A stretch of 57,080 bases of DNA from Polyangiales bacterium (GCA_038231275.1 JBBRLQ010000042.1:1-57080); one strand, 5' to 3'. Numbered from the stretch's first letter, positions 9,630 through 19,678 are shown. The notes: generated from the letters alone by a model not told the origin. Numbers and translations: made by a program.

Positions 9630-9663
9630 GACAATCCTTTGTCATCCATGCCAACACCTTGTC
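9630..9663. promoter_or_regulatory. Putative tandem operator for the XRE regulator
   Basis: GACAA-N4-TTGTC at 9630-9643 and GCCAA-N4-TTGTC at 9650-9663 in the divergent intergenic region. Confidence 0.55.
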
Positions 9664-9699
9664 AGGTCGCGCGCACACTGATCCGTGGAGGCACGAGCC

Positions 9700-10404
9700 A
9701 TGGACGTTCGAGGACGAGGCGCGGTGGTGACGGGGGCGAGCCGAGGATTGGGGCGCGAGTTGGCGCGCGTATTGGCGCGCGAAGGGGCGAAGGTGGCGAT
9801 GGTGGCGCGGGACGGCGCAGCGCTAGAGGCGGCCGTGCGGGCCATCCGAGCCGAGGGAGGGGATGCGCACGCGATCCCTGGCGACGTCGGCGACAAGCAC
9901 GGTGCGTACGCGATCGCCGGAGCGGCCGAGGCGCTGGTAGGGCCCGTGGATCTGCTCGTCCACGCGGCGAGCACGCTGGGGCCGCTGCCGATGCCGCTGC
10001 TCATGGACACGGCATGCGAAGACCTCGCCGCGGTTCTTGAGACGAATCTGATCGGCGCCTTCCGGCTCACCAAGGCGCTCGCCGGCGGGATGGCGCTGCG
10101 CAAGAGCGGCACCGTAGTCCTCGTGACCTCGGACGCGGCGGTGAACGGCTACCCCTCGTGGGGCGCGTACGGGATCTCGAAGGCGGCCCTCGATCACCTG
10201 GGTCGGACATGGGCCGCGGAGCTGACCGGCCGCGTCGCGTTCCTCACCGTGGACCCGGGCGAGATGGACACGAAGATGCACGCCGACGCGATGCCCGACG
10301 CGGATCGATCGACGCTGGCGAGCCCCGCGCGCGTCGCCGAGGGCATCTTTCGACTCCTCTCCGCGCCGTTCGAGAGCGGCGCACGCGTGACGGTGGCGTC
10401 GTGA
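9700..10404 (+). CDS. Short-chain dehydrogenase/reductase
   Basis: TGASRGLG, YGISK, VDPGEMDT. Confidence 0.92.
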   Translation: MDVRGRGAVVTGASRGLGRELARVLAREGAKVAMVARDGAALEAAVRAIRAEGGDAHAIPGDVGDKHGAYAIAGAAEALVGPVDLLVHAASTLGPLPMPLLMDTACEDLAAVLETNLIGAFRLTKALAGGMALRKSGTVVLVTSDAAVNGYPSWGAYGISKAALDHLGRTWAAELTGRVAFLTVDPGEMDTKMHADAMPDADRSTLASPARVAEGIFRLLSAPFESGARVTVAS

Positions 10405-11435
10405 GGGCGGCGACCGCAGCGCGACCGAGCCCGACCGACGAGCGCGTCCTCGCGATCGATCCCGCAGCGAACGAGTTCTGGGATGCGCGCGTGCGAGATC
10501 TTCCGACGATGCTTCGCCCCGGGGATCTCGTGGTGGTCAACGACGCGCGGACCATCCCAGCGTCGCTCGCGGGCACCGGCCCTCGCGGCGAGACGATCGA
10601 GGTGCGGCTGGCGGGCAGCACCGGGCCGCGCTCGTTCCGCGCCGTGTTGTTCGGCGCCGGCGATTGGCGGACGAAGACGGAGGATCGTCCGGCGCCGCCA
10701 CCTTTGACCGCGGGCGCGGGGTTGCGCCTGGTCGGCCTCCCGGCGCGCGTCGTCCGTGTGCTCGGCCCGTCGGCGCGCCTCGTCGAGGTGGAGCTCGAGG
10801 TCGACGTGGACACCATGTGGAGCGCGATCCAGCGGCGTGGCCGATATGTGCAATATGCATATTCCTCTGCGGAGCGCGAGGCGTGGGACGCGCAGACGGC
10901 GTTCGCGGGGCCGCCGTGGGCGAGCGAGATGCCGTCGGCGGGCCGTCCGCTGCGCTTCGGGGTCCTCGCGGCGCTCGAAGCGCGAGGGGTTCGACTGGCG
11001 CGCGTCACCCACGCGGCTGGCCTCTCGTCCACTGGGGATCCCGAGCTCGACGCGGCGCTACCGCTGCCCGAGCGCTTCGCGGTCCCGGCCGACACCGTCC
11101 GCGCGATCGAGGGGGCGAAGGTCGAGGGCGGACGCGTCGTCGCCATCGGGACGACGGTGGTGCGCGCGCTGGAGGGCTCGGCGCGCGCGACCGGCGGCGT
11201 GCTCCGCGCCGGCGAGGGCGTCACCGATCTGCTCCTCGGCCCCGGGTTTCGACGAAGGATCGTCGACGGGATTTTCACGGGGCTGCACGAGCGAGGGGCG
11301 ACGCATTTCGCGCTGCTCGCCGCGTTCGCGCCACAGGCGCTCCTCGCGCGCGCCTACGACCACGCCGATCGCGAAGGCTACCTCTGCCACGAGCTCGGCG
11401 ACTCGAGCCTCTTGATGGACGCGATTGAGCGCTGA
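10401..11435 (+). CDS. QueA-like protein (paralog of SAM:tRNA ribosyltransferase-isomerase)
   Basis: PGDLVVVND, IGTTVVRALE, ELGDSSL; carries EMPSAGRP and TGLHE in place of canonical AAPTAGLHF and TNFH. Confidence 0.85.
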   Translation: MRAATAARPSPTDERVLAIDPAANEFWDARVRDLPTMLRPGDLVVVNDARTIPASLAGTGPRGETIEVRLAGSTGPRSFRAVLFGAGDWRTKTEDRPAPPPLTAGAGLRLVGLPARVVRVLGPSARLVEVELEVDVDTMWSAIQRRGRYVQYAYSSAEREAWDAQTAFAGPPWASEMPSAGRPLRFGVLAALEARGVRLARVTHAAGLSSTGDPELDAALPLPERFAVPADTVRAIEGAKVEGGRVVAIGTTVVRALEGSARATGGVLRAGEGVTDLLLGPGFRRRIVDGIFTGLHERGATHFALLAAFAPQALLARAYDHADREGYLCHELGDSSLLMDAIER

Positions 11436-11462
11436 GAGTGCAGCGAAGCGCAGCGGAGCGAA
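11429..11462 (+). repeat. Dispersed 34-bp repeat, copy 1
   Basis: gcgctgagagtgcagcgaagcgcagcggagcgaa, 32/34 identical to 17973-18006. Confidence 0.85.
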
Positions 11463-11488
11463 ACGCTCCTGGCGGAAAGCGATCGGCG

Positions 11489-14400
11489 TCAGGACGGCGT
11501 CAGGACTAGGGGCGCCGTGGCGGCGGGCGGGCGAGCCAGCTCGTGCACCGTGAGGCCGGTCGGGCACGCGGCGCGCGCGAGGTCGACGAGGCGCTGGTGG
11601 TGCGTGAAGAAGAGGACCTGCGCCGTCGACGCGAGCTCGGCGAGCACCTCGATGGCCGCGCGCGCGCGCTCGTCGTCGAACTGGATGAGGATGTCGTCGA
11701 GCACGAGCGGGAGCGGGCCCGCCGCCACCGCGTGCCGCTCGAGGCTGGCGACGCGGAGCGCGAGGTAGACCTGATCGCGCGTCCCGTCGCTGAGGAGCGC
11801 GGTGGGCACGTCACCGCCGTCCTTCGCCGCGAGCAGGATCGGGTTCTCCCCATCGTCGTCGAGACCGGATCTCAACCCGCGGTACGCCCCGCGCGTGAGG
11901 CGCGCGAACACCTCGCTCGCGCGCCCGAGGACCGGACCCTGGTGCTGCTCGCGATATCGCTGAATTTCTCGGGTGAGGACCGCGTCGGCGAGGCGCAGGC
12001 GCGCCCACCTCGAAGCGAGCTCGTGGGCGCGCGCGACGGCGGCCTGCGCCTCTCCCGAGGCGACGGCGGCGGCGTCCCCTCGATCGAGCTCCGCGAGGCC
12101 GCGCTCGGCGCGATCGATCGCGACGGCCGCCTGGTCGTACTCATCGCCGACCTCCGCGAGGCGCGTCTCGATCTCGTCGAGGCGCGCGTCGACGCTCTCT
12201 ACGCGCGCCTCGACCGCTTCCGCCGCGAGCTCGTCGAGCGGAGCTCCGTCCGCCTTCGCGAGCAGCACCGCGCGCGTGCGCTCCTCGTCCGCGGCGAGGG
12301 CGCGCGCGGCGACGGAGCGCTCCTCGGCGACCACCAGCTCCTCGAGGCTCGACGCGCCGGCCGTCGCCAGGAGCGCGGCCAGCTTCTTGGCGCTCGCGTC
12401 GCGCCGCGCGGTTTGCTCGACGAGGGCCGCTCGCTTCTCGTCCAGCGTTCGGTCGAGCTGCGTGCGCTGGGTGCGCTCCTGCCGCGCGAGATCGAAGCGG
12501 CGGACGAGTTGCTGGCCGGCCTCCGTCACGGGAAGAGCCGCGAGATCCCCAGCGAGCCGCGCGGCGAGATCACGCACGCGATCGGCGATGCGCCCATTCT
12601 CCGCGGCCGCTGCCTCGGCGCGCGCGCGATGGGCCTCCGCCGCGTCCACACGCACACCCAGCGCTGCGAGCTCGTCGACCACCGCGAGGGCTTCGTCCAC
12701 TCCGAGATCGAACGCGAGCCCGAGCTTCCGCGTCGCCGTCGTCCACTCTTCTTGCCAACTCGCCAGCTCCTTCGCGTGCGCAGCGAGGTCGCGCTCGTGC
12801 CGGGCAACGTCCTGCGCGATGCGAAGCTGCTCCGCCTCGTGCGCGCGCCGCGCGTCGGCCTTCGCGTCCTCGAGCTCGTCGGACGTCTCCACGAGCTTGG
12901 CGTGACGCTCGAGCCATGCGCGCATCTCCGCCGCCGAGAGCGGCGTGATTCCGATCGACGTCCACTCGCCGCGCCACGCGCTCGCGAGCTCCTCCCCGCG
13001 CGCCGCCGCGGACGCGCGCAGGTCGGCCACTCGCGCAATCGCGTCCTTCGTCGCGGCGCCGTCCGCGAGGAGCTTCGCGAGCCACGTCACACGCTCGGCC
13101 TCGCGACGAAGCCGATCGGCGACCTCGTCCGCTGCGATCGAGGCGTGCTCGAACTCGGCGGCGACCTTCTCGTCGAACGACGCCCGCAGGCGCGTCCACA
13201 GCCCGTCGCGGCGCGCGCGCGCGTCCAAGAGATCGGCCTCGGTCGGCACGGCGGCAGCGCGCTGGAGCGCGTCGATCTCACGCGCGATGCTCGCCGCGTC
13301 GCGCAAGAGCGCGGCCTCCTCCTCGACCGCGCGTCGTTGCTCCTCCGCGACCGCCCCCATCTCACGCTCGTAGCGCAGGGCCGTTGCAGTCGAAGGGACC
13401 GCCAGCGCGACGACCGCCGCGGGATCGCCCGTCGCGAGCCCGAGCCCCTTCCACCGCCGCGCGAGTCGCTGCGCGATCCCCTGCACGCGATCGGACTCCT
13501 CGGGAGCCGTCGCGGGCCGCGCCGAGAGCGCCGCGCTCGCGTCGTCGCGCGCGCGCTCGGCACCACGGAGGAGCGCCTGAATTCGCTTGGGTTCCGACGC
13601 GAGGCTCCGGATCCGCGACGCGGCCTTCGCGTCGGCGCGCATCCCGGAAGGCGTCCCTCCTTCGCCGGCGATGCTCCGCGCGATGCGACGCGCCTCTGCT
13701 TCTTCCGCGCTCTGTTCGGCGCGCAGGCGCGGCAGCTCCTGCTCGTTCTTCAGATAGAGTGCGAGCGCGCCGTGCAGGCCCTCGAGCTCCGCTGCCGCGT
13801 CGGCGAGCGCGTCCGGCGCCTTCAGGCTCGCGCGACGCTCCAAGACGTCGGCGATCTCCGCCTCGAGCCGCCCGATCGCGGCCTCTGCTTCGCCCGTCGC
13901 CGAGAGCGCGTCGGCCCGATCGCGCGGCGCGTCGACGGGGAGGAGCACGACCGCCCCGAGCACCGCGCGCCGCCGTTCGAGCTCGGCGCGCGCCGCGAAG
14001 ATCGGGAGCATCCCCTTCAGCCGTTGCAGGCGCTTCTGCTCCCGCACGAGGGCCGATCGCTCCTCCGACGCCGTGGCCTTGCGCGCGCGCTGCGCCTCGA
14101 TGTAGTCGACCTGCGACTGGTACGACTCGTGGCTCGCGCTCCTCTCGCTCGTGAGCTTCTTCGCCTCCGCGATCACGCGCATCGCTTCGTTGAGCGGCTT
14201 GTTTCGCGCCGCGGGGCTCCAGATCCGCTCGGCCTCCTCGCGCAGCTCGACGAGGAAGCGGTGCAGCTCGCCGCCGCCGAGCCCCGCCTGGAAGAGGCTC
14301 TCGCCGAGATCCCCTCCCCCTTCGAGCAGCGCACGCGCCCCGCGTTGCAGCGCGCCGTGGGTGAGGCCGAACGACGCCTCGTACACCTCCTGGCTCACGC

Positions 14401-14731
14401 CGTGCAGCATCCTGAGGAGGGGCGCGTCGTCGATCGGACGCTCCTCGCGATCGAGCAGCGTCTTGGTGCGCCCCTTCTTGCGCACGACGTCGAGCACCGC
14501 GCCGTCGTCGGCCTGGAGGCGCGCGCCGATGCGCAGGCTGCCCATCGGAAAGCGGTACGCGTCGACCGTACGCTCCGGGAATCCATAGAGGAGGTGAGTA
14601 AGCGCGCGCAGGGTCGTGCTCTTGCCGGCCTCGTTTCGCCCGAAGACGACGTGGAGCCCCGGCGCCGAAAAATCGAGGGTGAGGCCTTCGAAGCCCCCGA
14701 ACGCGATGAGACGGAGCTCGAGGAACCTCAC
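11489..14731 (-). CDS. YhaN-like AAA ATPase with long coiled coil (SMC/SbcC-like)
   Basis: GRNEAGKST Walker A, LSDGTRDQVYLALR signature, LVLDDILIQFDD, FFTHH; GTGA overlap with upstream nuclease. Confidence 0.9.
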   Translation of the reverse strand: MRFLELRLIAFGGFEGLTLDFSAPGLHVVFGRNEAGKSTTLRALTHLLYGFPERTVDAYRFPMGSLRIGARLQADDGAVLDVVRKKGRTKTLLDREERPIDDAPLLRMLHGVSQEVYEASFGLTHGALQRGARALLEGGGDLGESLFQAGLGGGELHRFLVELREEAERIWSPAARNKPLNEAMRVIAEAKKLTSERSASHESYQSQVDYIEAQRARKATASEERSALVREQKRLQRLKGMLPIFAARAELERRRAVLGAVVLLPVDAPRDRADALSATGEAEAAIGRLEAEIADVLERRASLKAPDALADAAAELEGLHGALALYLKNEQELPRLRAEQSAEEAEARRIARSIAGEGGTPSGMRADAKAASRIRSLASEPKRIQALLRGAERARDDASAALSARPATAPEESDRVQGIAQRLARRWKGLGLATGDPAAVVALAVPSTATALRYEREMGAVAEEQRRAVEEEAALLRDAASIAREIDALQRAAAVPTEADLLDARARRDGLWTRLRASFDEKVAAEFEHASIAADEVADRLRREAERVTWLAKLLADGAATKDAIARVADLRASAAARGEELASAWRGEWTSIGITPLSAAEMRAWLERHAKLVETSDELEDAKADARRAHEAEQLRIAQDVARHERDLAAHAKELASWQEEWTTATRKLGLAFDLGVDEALAVVDELAALGVRVDAAEAHRARAEAAAAENGRIADRVRDLAARLAGDLAALPVTEAGQQLVRRFDLARQERTQRTQLDRTLDEKRAALVEQTARRDASAKKLAALLATAGASSLEELVVAEERSVAARALAADEERTRAVLLAKADGAPLDELAAEAVEARVESVDARLDEIETRLAEVGDEYDQAAVAIDRAERGLAELDRGDAAAVASGEAQAAVARAHELASRWARLRLADAVLTREIQRYREQHQGPVLGRASEVFARLTRGAYRGLRSGLDDDGENPILLAAKDGGDVPTALLSDGTRDQVYLALRVASLERHAVAAGPLPLVLDDILIQFDDERARAAIEVLAELASTAQVLFFTHHQRLVDLARAACPTGLTVHELARPPAATAPLVLTPS

Positions 14732-15984
14732 GGCCGCTCCGCGCGCACGAGGCGTGGCAAGACCATCTGCTCGACGTCGTCGACGAGTCCCCGCAGGTAC
14801 GCGGGATCGTCGAAGCGGAGCGCGTCGTCGCCGTCCCGCAGCTCGGCGGGGAGCTTCTTCCGGAGCTCGCCCAGCTCGGAGGCGAGCTCGAGCAGCGCGC
14901 CGTCGTCTCGGCGGAGGGCGTCGAGCGCGCGCGCGAGCTCTCCTATTGCGTCCGGCTGGGCGCGGAGCCCCGGCAAATCCAAGGGCGCGCGCGTCTTGAC
15001 CTTCACCTTCTCGATCCACACGTCGGCCCCTGCGTCCGTCGCCAGCGCGCGCACCTCGGCGACGAACCGCTCGGGATCGGCGGCGAGCGCGAGGTGCGCC
15101 GCCGACTCGCCGCCCACGACGACGCGCGCCGCCAGCGCCCTCCCTTCTGCGTCCTTCACCGCTCTCGCGAGCGCGTCGCGGATCCGATCGAGGACGTCGA
15201 CCTCGGTGGCGCACGCTGCGGCGTCGATCGACAGCGCCTCCCACCGCACGACGTCGAGCGCGCGTGCCTCGACCGACGCGATGCGACCGCCCGCGACGGT
15301 GACGAGCGTGGCGCCCTTCGGCCCCGTCTCCTTCGCGTGCCGTCCCTGCAAGTTGCCGGGGAACACGACCCACGGCTCCTTCGAGAGGACCTCCCGCTTG
15401 TGCACGTGCCCGAGCGCCCAGTAGTCGTACCCGCGCGCGGCGAGCGTCGCGAGCGTCGTCGGCGCGTACGGCTCGTGCCCCTCGCGGCCATCCATGCTCG
15501 TGTGGAGCACGCCGATGTTCACGAGCCCGGACGCAGGATCGGGATAGCGCGCCGCGAGATCGTCGGTCACCGCGCGCGTCGCGAAGCCTTGCCCATGCAC
15601 CGCGACGCCGATGTCCTCGAAGAGGAACGTCTGCGGCTTCTTCACCGAGAGCTCCCTCACGTTGCCGGGCATCGTGAGGTTCTTGGCGACCTGGCTCGCG
15701 GCGTCGTGGTTCCCGCGGAGGAGCACGACCTTCACGCCGTGATCGTTCAGGCGCGCCATCTGACCGACGAAGAAGAGGCCGGTGCCGAAGTCTTTCCAGG
15801 TGCCGTCGTACAGATCGCCGGCGATGACGAGCAAGTCGGCGCCCTCGTCGACGCACAGGTCGACGAGGTTCTTCATCGCGCGGCGCGACGCGGAGCGCAT
15901 CGCGTCGGCCGGCGCCCCCGGATATTTGTCGAGGCCCCGGAGCGGGCTATCGAGGTGGATGTCCGCCGCGTGGACGAATTTCAC
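14728..15984 (-). CDS. YhaO-like DNA exonuclease (Mre11/SbcD metallophosphoesterase)
   Basis: ADIHLDSP, AGDLYD, GNHD, LHTS, YWALGHVH, PGNLQGR. Confidence 0.93.
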   Translation of the reverse strand: MKFVHAADIHLDSPLRGLDKYPGAPADAMRSASRRAMKNLVDLCVDEGADLLVIAGDLYDGTWKDFGTGLFFVGQMARLNDHGVKVVLLRGNHDAASQVAKNLTMPGNVRELSVKKPQTFLFEDIGVAVHGQGFATRAVTDDLAARYPDPASGLVNIGVLHTSMDGREGHEPYAPTTLATLAARGYDYWALGHVHKREVLSKEPWVVFPGNLQGRHAKETGPKGATLVTVAGGRIASVEARALDVVRWEALSIDAAACATEVDVLDRIRDALARAVKDAEGRALAARVVVGGESAAHLALAADPERFVAEVRALATDAGADVWIEKVKVKTRAPLDLPGLRAQPDAIGELARALDALRRDDGALLELASELGELRKKLPAELRDGDDALRFDDPAYLRGLVDDVEQMVLPRLVRAERP

Positions 15985-16011
15985 ACGGCGACTCTAGCAC
16001 TGCCCAGGCGT

Positions 16012-16473
16012 TCAGCCCAAGAGCCCGTGGGCCGCTTTTTTCTTCGCGTCCGCGAGCCGGCGGACGAGTTCGGCGGCGCCGCTGCGAACGCTCCATCGGT
16101 GCACGGCGCCGTCGGACGACTCGAGCGTCACCTCGCGATCGTCAGGGGTGGCCGCGATCGCGCCGACGTCGTCCCACTTCACGATCACCTCGCGCTCGCG
16201 CGACCAGTGGAGGACCACGGCGTCGCGTCGAATCGCCAGGTACGTGTCCTCGGACATCGTCGCCCACGCGGCGCCGACCGCCGTGAAGACGCCTACGAAC
16301 ATGACGCACGCCGACCCGAGCGCGATCGCGTGGCTCGCGCCGTCGCCGAGGCGTGACACGAACGCGGCGCCGATCCCGGTCGCGCCGAGCATGACCAGCG
16401 CAACCGCCGCCACCAGCACCTTGCGCGGCGAGCGATCGACGCGGTGCCATTCGAGCGCCCTCTCCTCGTCCAC
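16012..16473 (-). CDS. Hypothetical membrane protein (2 TM)
   Basis: Two hydrophobic helices followed by a small soluble domain. Confidence 0.7.
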   Translation of the reverse strand: MDEERALEWHRVDRSPRKVLVAAVALVMLGATGIGAAFVSRLGDGASHAIALGSACVMFVGVFTAVGAAWATMSEDTYLAIRRDAVVLHWSREREVIVKWDDVGAIAATPDDREVTLESSDGAVHRWSVRSGAAELVRRLADAKKKAAHGLLG

Positions 16474-16545
16474 TGCCTCACGTTATAGCGCCGGCGCAGA
16501 AGCTCTTCACGGCGTTCGTGAAGGGCTATAAGTGGGAGAGCTGTC

Positions 16546-17979
16546 ATGGACCCGCGAGGACGACGCCCCCATCAACCTCGGCCGTTCGAAGCGCGCCTAC
16601 CTCGCGTCGTCGGGCTCGTCGGCCTCCTCGGGCTGCTCGTTGCGGCGTGCGGTGGCGGAGAGGCGAGCGGACCTTCGCCCGTCACGCCACGCGCGGCCGT
16701 CGCGCCCTCTCCGGCATCGGCGCCCGCTCCCAAGCTGACGTTCATCGAGGACGATTACCCGCGCGCCCTCGCCGAGGCGCGCGCGAAAAAGAAGCCACTG
16801 TTCATCGACGCGTGGGCGACGTGGTGTCATACGTGCCTCAGCATGCGCGAGTTCGTGTTTCCCGCCGCCGAGATGCGGGCGCGCGGCGGCGACTTCGTGT
16901 GGCTCGCGATCGACACGGAGAAGCCGTCGAACGCGGACTTCGTGCGCGCGCACCCGATGGAGGCGTGGCCGACGCTGTGGGTGGTGGACGCGACGACCGA
17001 GGCGCCGGCGCTGAAGTGGAACGGATCGGCGACGGCCGCCGAGTTGGCGGGGCTCCTCGACGACGCGAAGCTCGCGATCGCGAAGGGCGACGGAGGCGGC
17101 GACGCGGGCGCGGCGTACTTGCGCGGCAACAAAGAGACGGCGGCGGGGAACTCAGAGGGGGCGATCGTCGACTACCGCGTCGCCCTCGCCTCGGCACCGG
17201 CGGGGTGGCCGAAGCGCGCGCGCGTGGTGGAGGCGCTCTCGGCGCGCCTCGACTTCAAGAAGGACGGGGGCTCGGTCGTCGATCTCGCCGCCGCCGAGCT
17301 CGGGAAAATGCCGCCAGGGACGAGCGCGAAGTCCGTGGCGTACGACGCGCTGCGCGGCGTGACCGAGCTCTCCGAGAAGGGCGGCGCGAACGAGAAGCGC
17401 GATCAGGTCATCGCGGCGACCGAGACGCTCGCGAACGCGCTCGGCGACGGAGTGCTCGCCGACGATCGATCGGATCTCTACGATTTGCTGGTGGACGTCC
17501 TCGGTGATCTCGGCCGGAAGGACGAGCAGAAGCGCGTCGCGCGCGCGTGGGCGACGATGCTCGAGGGAGAAGCCACCAAGGCGACGACGCCGGCGGGGCG
17601 CGCGGTGTTCGACGCGCATCGGATGAACGCGTACATGGCGCTCGGCGAGCCGGAGCGCGCGGTGCCGATGCTCCAGGCGAGCGAGAAAGACTTCCCCGGC
17701 GACTACAACCCGAAGGCGCGCCTCGCCGCGTCGTACTTCGCGATGAAGCGCTACGACGACGCGCTCGCGGCGATCGATCGCGCGCTCGCGCAGAGCTACG
17801 GCCCGCGCAAGCTCCGTCACTATTCGCTCAAGGCGGACATCCTCGCGGCCAAGGCGGACAAGGCGGGCGAGAGAGCCGCCTTGGAGCAGGCGCTGGCGCA
17901 CGCGCAAAGCCTCACCCTCACGGGCAGCGCGCTTCGCCTCCGCGACACTCTCCAGAAACGCCTCGACAAACTGCGCTGA
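16546..17979 (+). CDS. Thioredoxin-domain plus TPR lipoprotein
   Basis: Lipobox VAAC, WATWCHTC, WPTL cis-Pro loop, helical repeats. Confidence 0.85.
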   Translation: MDPRGRRPHQPRPFEARLPRVVGLVGLLGLLVAACGGGEASGPSPVTPRAAVAPSPASAPAPKLTFIEDDYPRALAEARAKKKPLFIDAWATWCHTCLSMREFVFPAAEMRARGGDFVWLAIDTEKPSNADFVRAHPMEAWPTLWVVDATTEAPALKWNGSATAAELAGLLDDAKLAIAKGDGGGDAGAAYLRGNKETAAGNSEGAIVDYRVALASAPAGWPKRARVVEALSARLDFKKDGGSVVDLAAAELGKMPPGTSAKSVAYDALRGVTELSEKGGANEKRDQVIAATETLANALGDGVLADDRSDLYDLLVDVLGDLGRKDEQKRVARAWATMLEGEATKATTPAGRAVFDAHRMNAYMALGEPERAVPMLQASEKDFPGDYNPKARLAASYFAMKRYDDALAAIDRALAQSYGPRKLRHYSLKADILAAKADKAGERAALEQALAHAQSLTLTGSALRLRDTLQKRLDKLR

Positions 17980-18070
17980 GATTGGAGCGAAGCGCAGCGG
18001 AGCGAATTCCGGTCAGCCCTCGAGGCCGGGGGCGCGGGCCCGATGGATCGCGGTGGACCCATGGGCCCCA
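17973..18070 (+). repeat. Dispersed 34-bp repeat, copy 2, followed by GC-rich hairpins
   Basis: gcgctgagattggagcgaagcgcagcggagcgaa, then gggccc-g-atgg...ccat-gggccc stem. Confidence 0.8.
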
Positions 18071-18166
18071 CCCTTCGTCCAACCCCGGCGCATTTTTCCA
18101 GCGTAAGTGAGCGTTCGGTGGGCGTAGAACGCTGGTTCGAGGGTTGCACTACGTCTGCCCACATCG

Positions 18167-19654
18167 ATGGAGAGCACCCCGACCCCCTTGTCGCTCGTTC
18201 GCAAGCTCCGCCTGTCCGGCGATCGCCGGGTCACGTTGAACGCGGAAATCGGGCGCGGGAGCCTTGGGACCGTCTACGCCGGAACCGTGACCGGCGGCGG
18301 CGGAGGGCGACTCGTCGCAGTGAAGATTTTCGAGGATCTGCCGGGCGACGACGACGAGCGTCTCATGGCGGGCATCGCGCGCGCGGCTGCCGCGACGGCG
18401 TGCGTGTGCGATCCACGCGTCGTGCAAGTCTACGACTACGAGCTGTCGTGCGCGCGCGAGCCGTTCATCGTCACGGAGCTCGTCGACGGCGGCTCGCTCG
18501 AGACGTTCATCGACGGCTTCGAGCGCCAAGATCGACAGCTCCCGCAGGACGTCGCGATCCTCATCGGCCTCAAGGTCGCCGAGGGGCTCGACGCGGCACT
18601 CCGCTCGCGTCTCCCCGATGGCACGCCTGCGAACCTCGTCCACGGCAGCCTCGCCCCGCGCGACGTGCTCATCTCGTGGGGCGGCGAGGTGAAGGTGAAG
18701 GGCCTCGGCATGTGGCAAGCCGTGCTCGGCGCGTCGATGCAGCGGCCGACCGACGGGCTCTCGCGCCTCGAAGGGACCGCGCCCGAAATCGCGCGGGGTC
18801 AGGCGCCCGACGCGCGGAGCGACGTCTTCGCGGTGGGGATGCTCCTGCGGCGCATGCTCATGGGCCAGCGGTTCTCGCCGCACACGTCGCCGGCGGAGGC
18901 GATTCGGCTCGTGTACGAAGGCATCGTCCACAACAGTTTGCAGGAGCAGCAGCTCCTCGCGCCGCTCCGCGCAGTGCTGCGACGCGCGACGGCGGCGAAC
19001 CCGGCCGCAAGGTACGCGCACGTCGGTGAGGTCGCCGCCGAGCTGCGAACGATCGCGACGCTGATGGGGATCCCCGACGTGCCGGCCTTCATCGCGCGCT
19101 CGGTGGAAGAGGCGTTCGCGCCGGAGTTGTCACGGCGCGAGGCCGCCCACGAGCGTCATCGCGCCAAGACGCGCGCGCGGGAGCGCATCGAGGAGCCGGC
19201 GGACGCCGTGGCCGGCGACGTCGTCGACGTGAGCGGCTATCAGCTCTTCACCTACGGCGACGTGATCGAGATCTCGCCGCAGCTGCTCGCGCCGGCGCTC
19301 AACGACACGCAGACGATGCCGGTCTTCGAGCCGCCTCGCCTCCCGCCGGCGCCCGCCGCCGAGGTGGATCCGAGCCCGAGCTTCCGAACGCTGCCGCTGC
19401 CGAAGCCGGTGCTCGCGCTCGTTCCGCCGGACGAGGCGTCCGCGGACGTGCTCGCGTCGGCGACCGTCGAGACCCCGGCACCTGCAGGCGTTCCGCTCGG
19501 CCTCAAGGTCATGCCGACCGCGCCTCCACGGCCGACGCTCAAGCCGCTGCGCCCGCGCCCGCGCCAGCAGTCCGGCATCGAGTTCCGCACGAGCGCAGAA
19601 CTCGACGACGCGCCGACGATCGTCAGCGCGAGCCCCTGGTTCGACGACGTGTGA
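18167..19654 (+). CDS. Ser/Thr protein kinase-like protein, probable pseudokinase
   Basis: GRGSLG, VAVK, APE and SDVFAVG retained; HRD replaced by HGS and DFG by GLG; Pro-rich tail. Confidence 0.82.
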   Translation: MESTPTPLSLVRKLRLSGDRRVTLNAEIGRGSLGTVYAGTVTGGGGGRLVAVKIFEDLPGDDDERLMAGIARAAAATACVCDPRVVQVYDYELSCAREPFIVTELVDGGSLETFIDGFERQDRQLPQDVAILIGLKVAEGLDAALRSRLPDGTPANLVHGSLAPRDVLISWGGEVKVKGLGMWQAVLGASMQRPTDGLSRLEGTAPEIARGQAPDARSDVFAVGMLLRRMLMGQRFSPHTSPAEAIRLVYEGIVHNSLQEQQLLAPLRAVLRRATAANPAARYAHVGEVAAELRTIATLMGIPDVPAFIARSVEEAFAPELSRREAAHERHRAKTRARERIEEPADAVAGDVVDVSGYQLFTYGDVIEISPQLLAPALNDTQTMPVFEPPRLPPAPAAEVDPSPSFRTLPLPKPVLALVPPDEASADVLASATVETPAPAGVPLGLKVMPTAPPRPTLKPLRPRPRQQSGIEFRTSAELDDAPTIVSASPWFDDV

Positions 19655-19678
19655 CGCGGCGGCGAGCGGCGCGCGCGC

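Noticed and set aside
10401..11435. Symbol queA
   Set aside because: Canonical motifs replaced and context differs; treated as a paralog
11489..15984. Symbols sbcC/sbcD
   Set aside because: Motifs fit YhaN/YhaO better; no zinc hook
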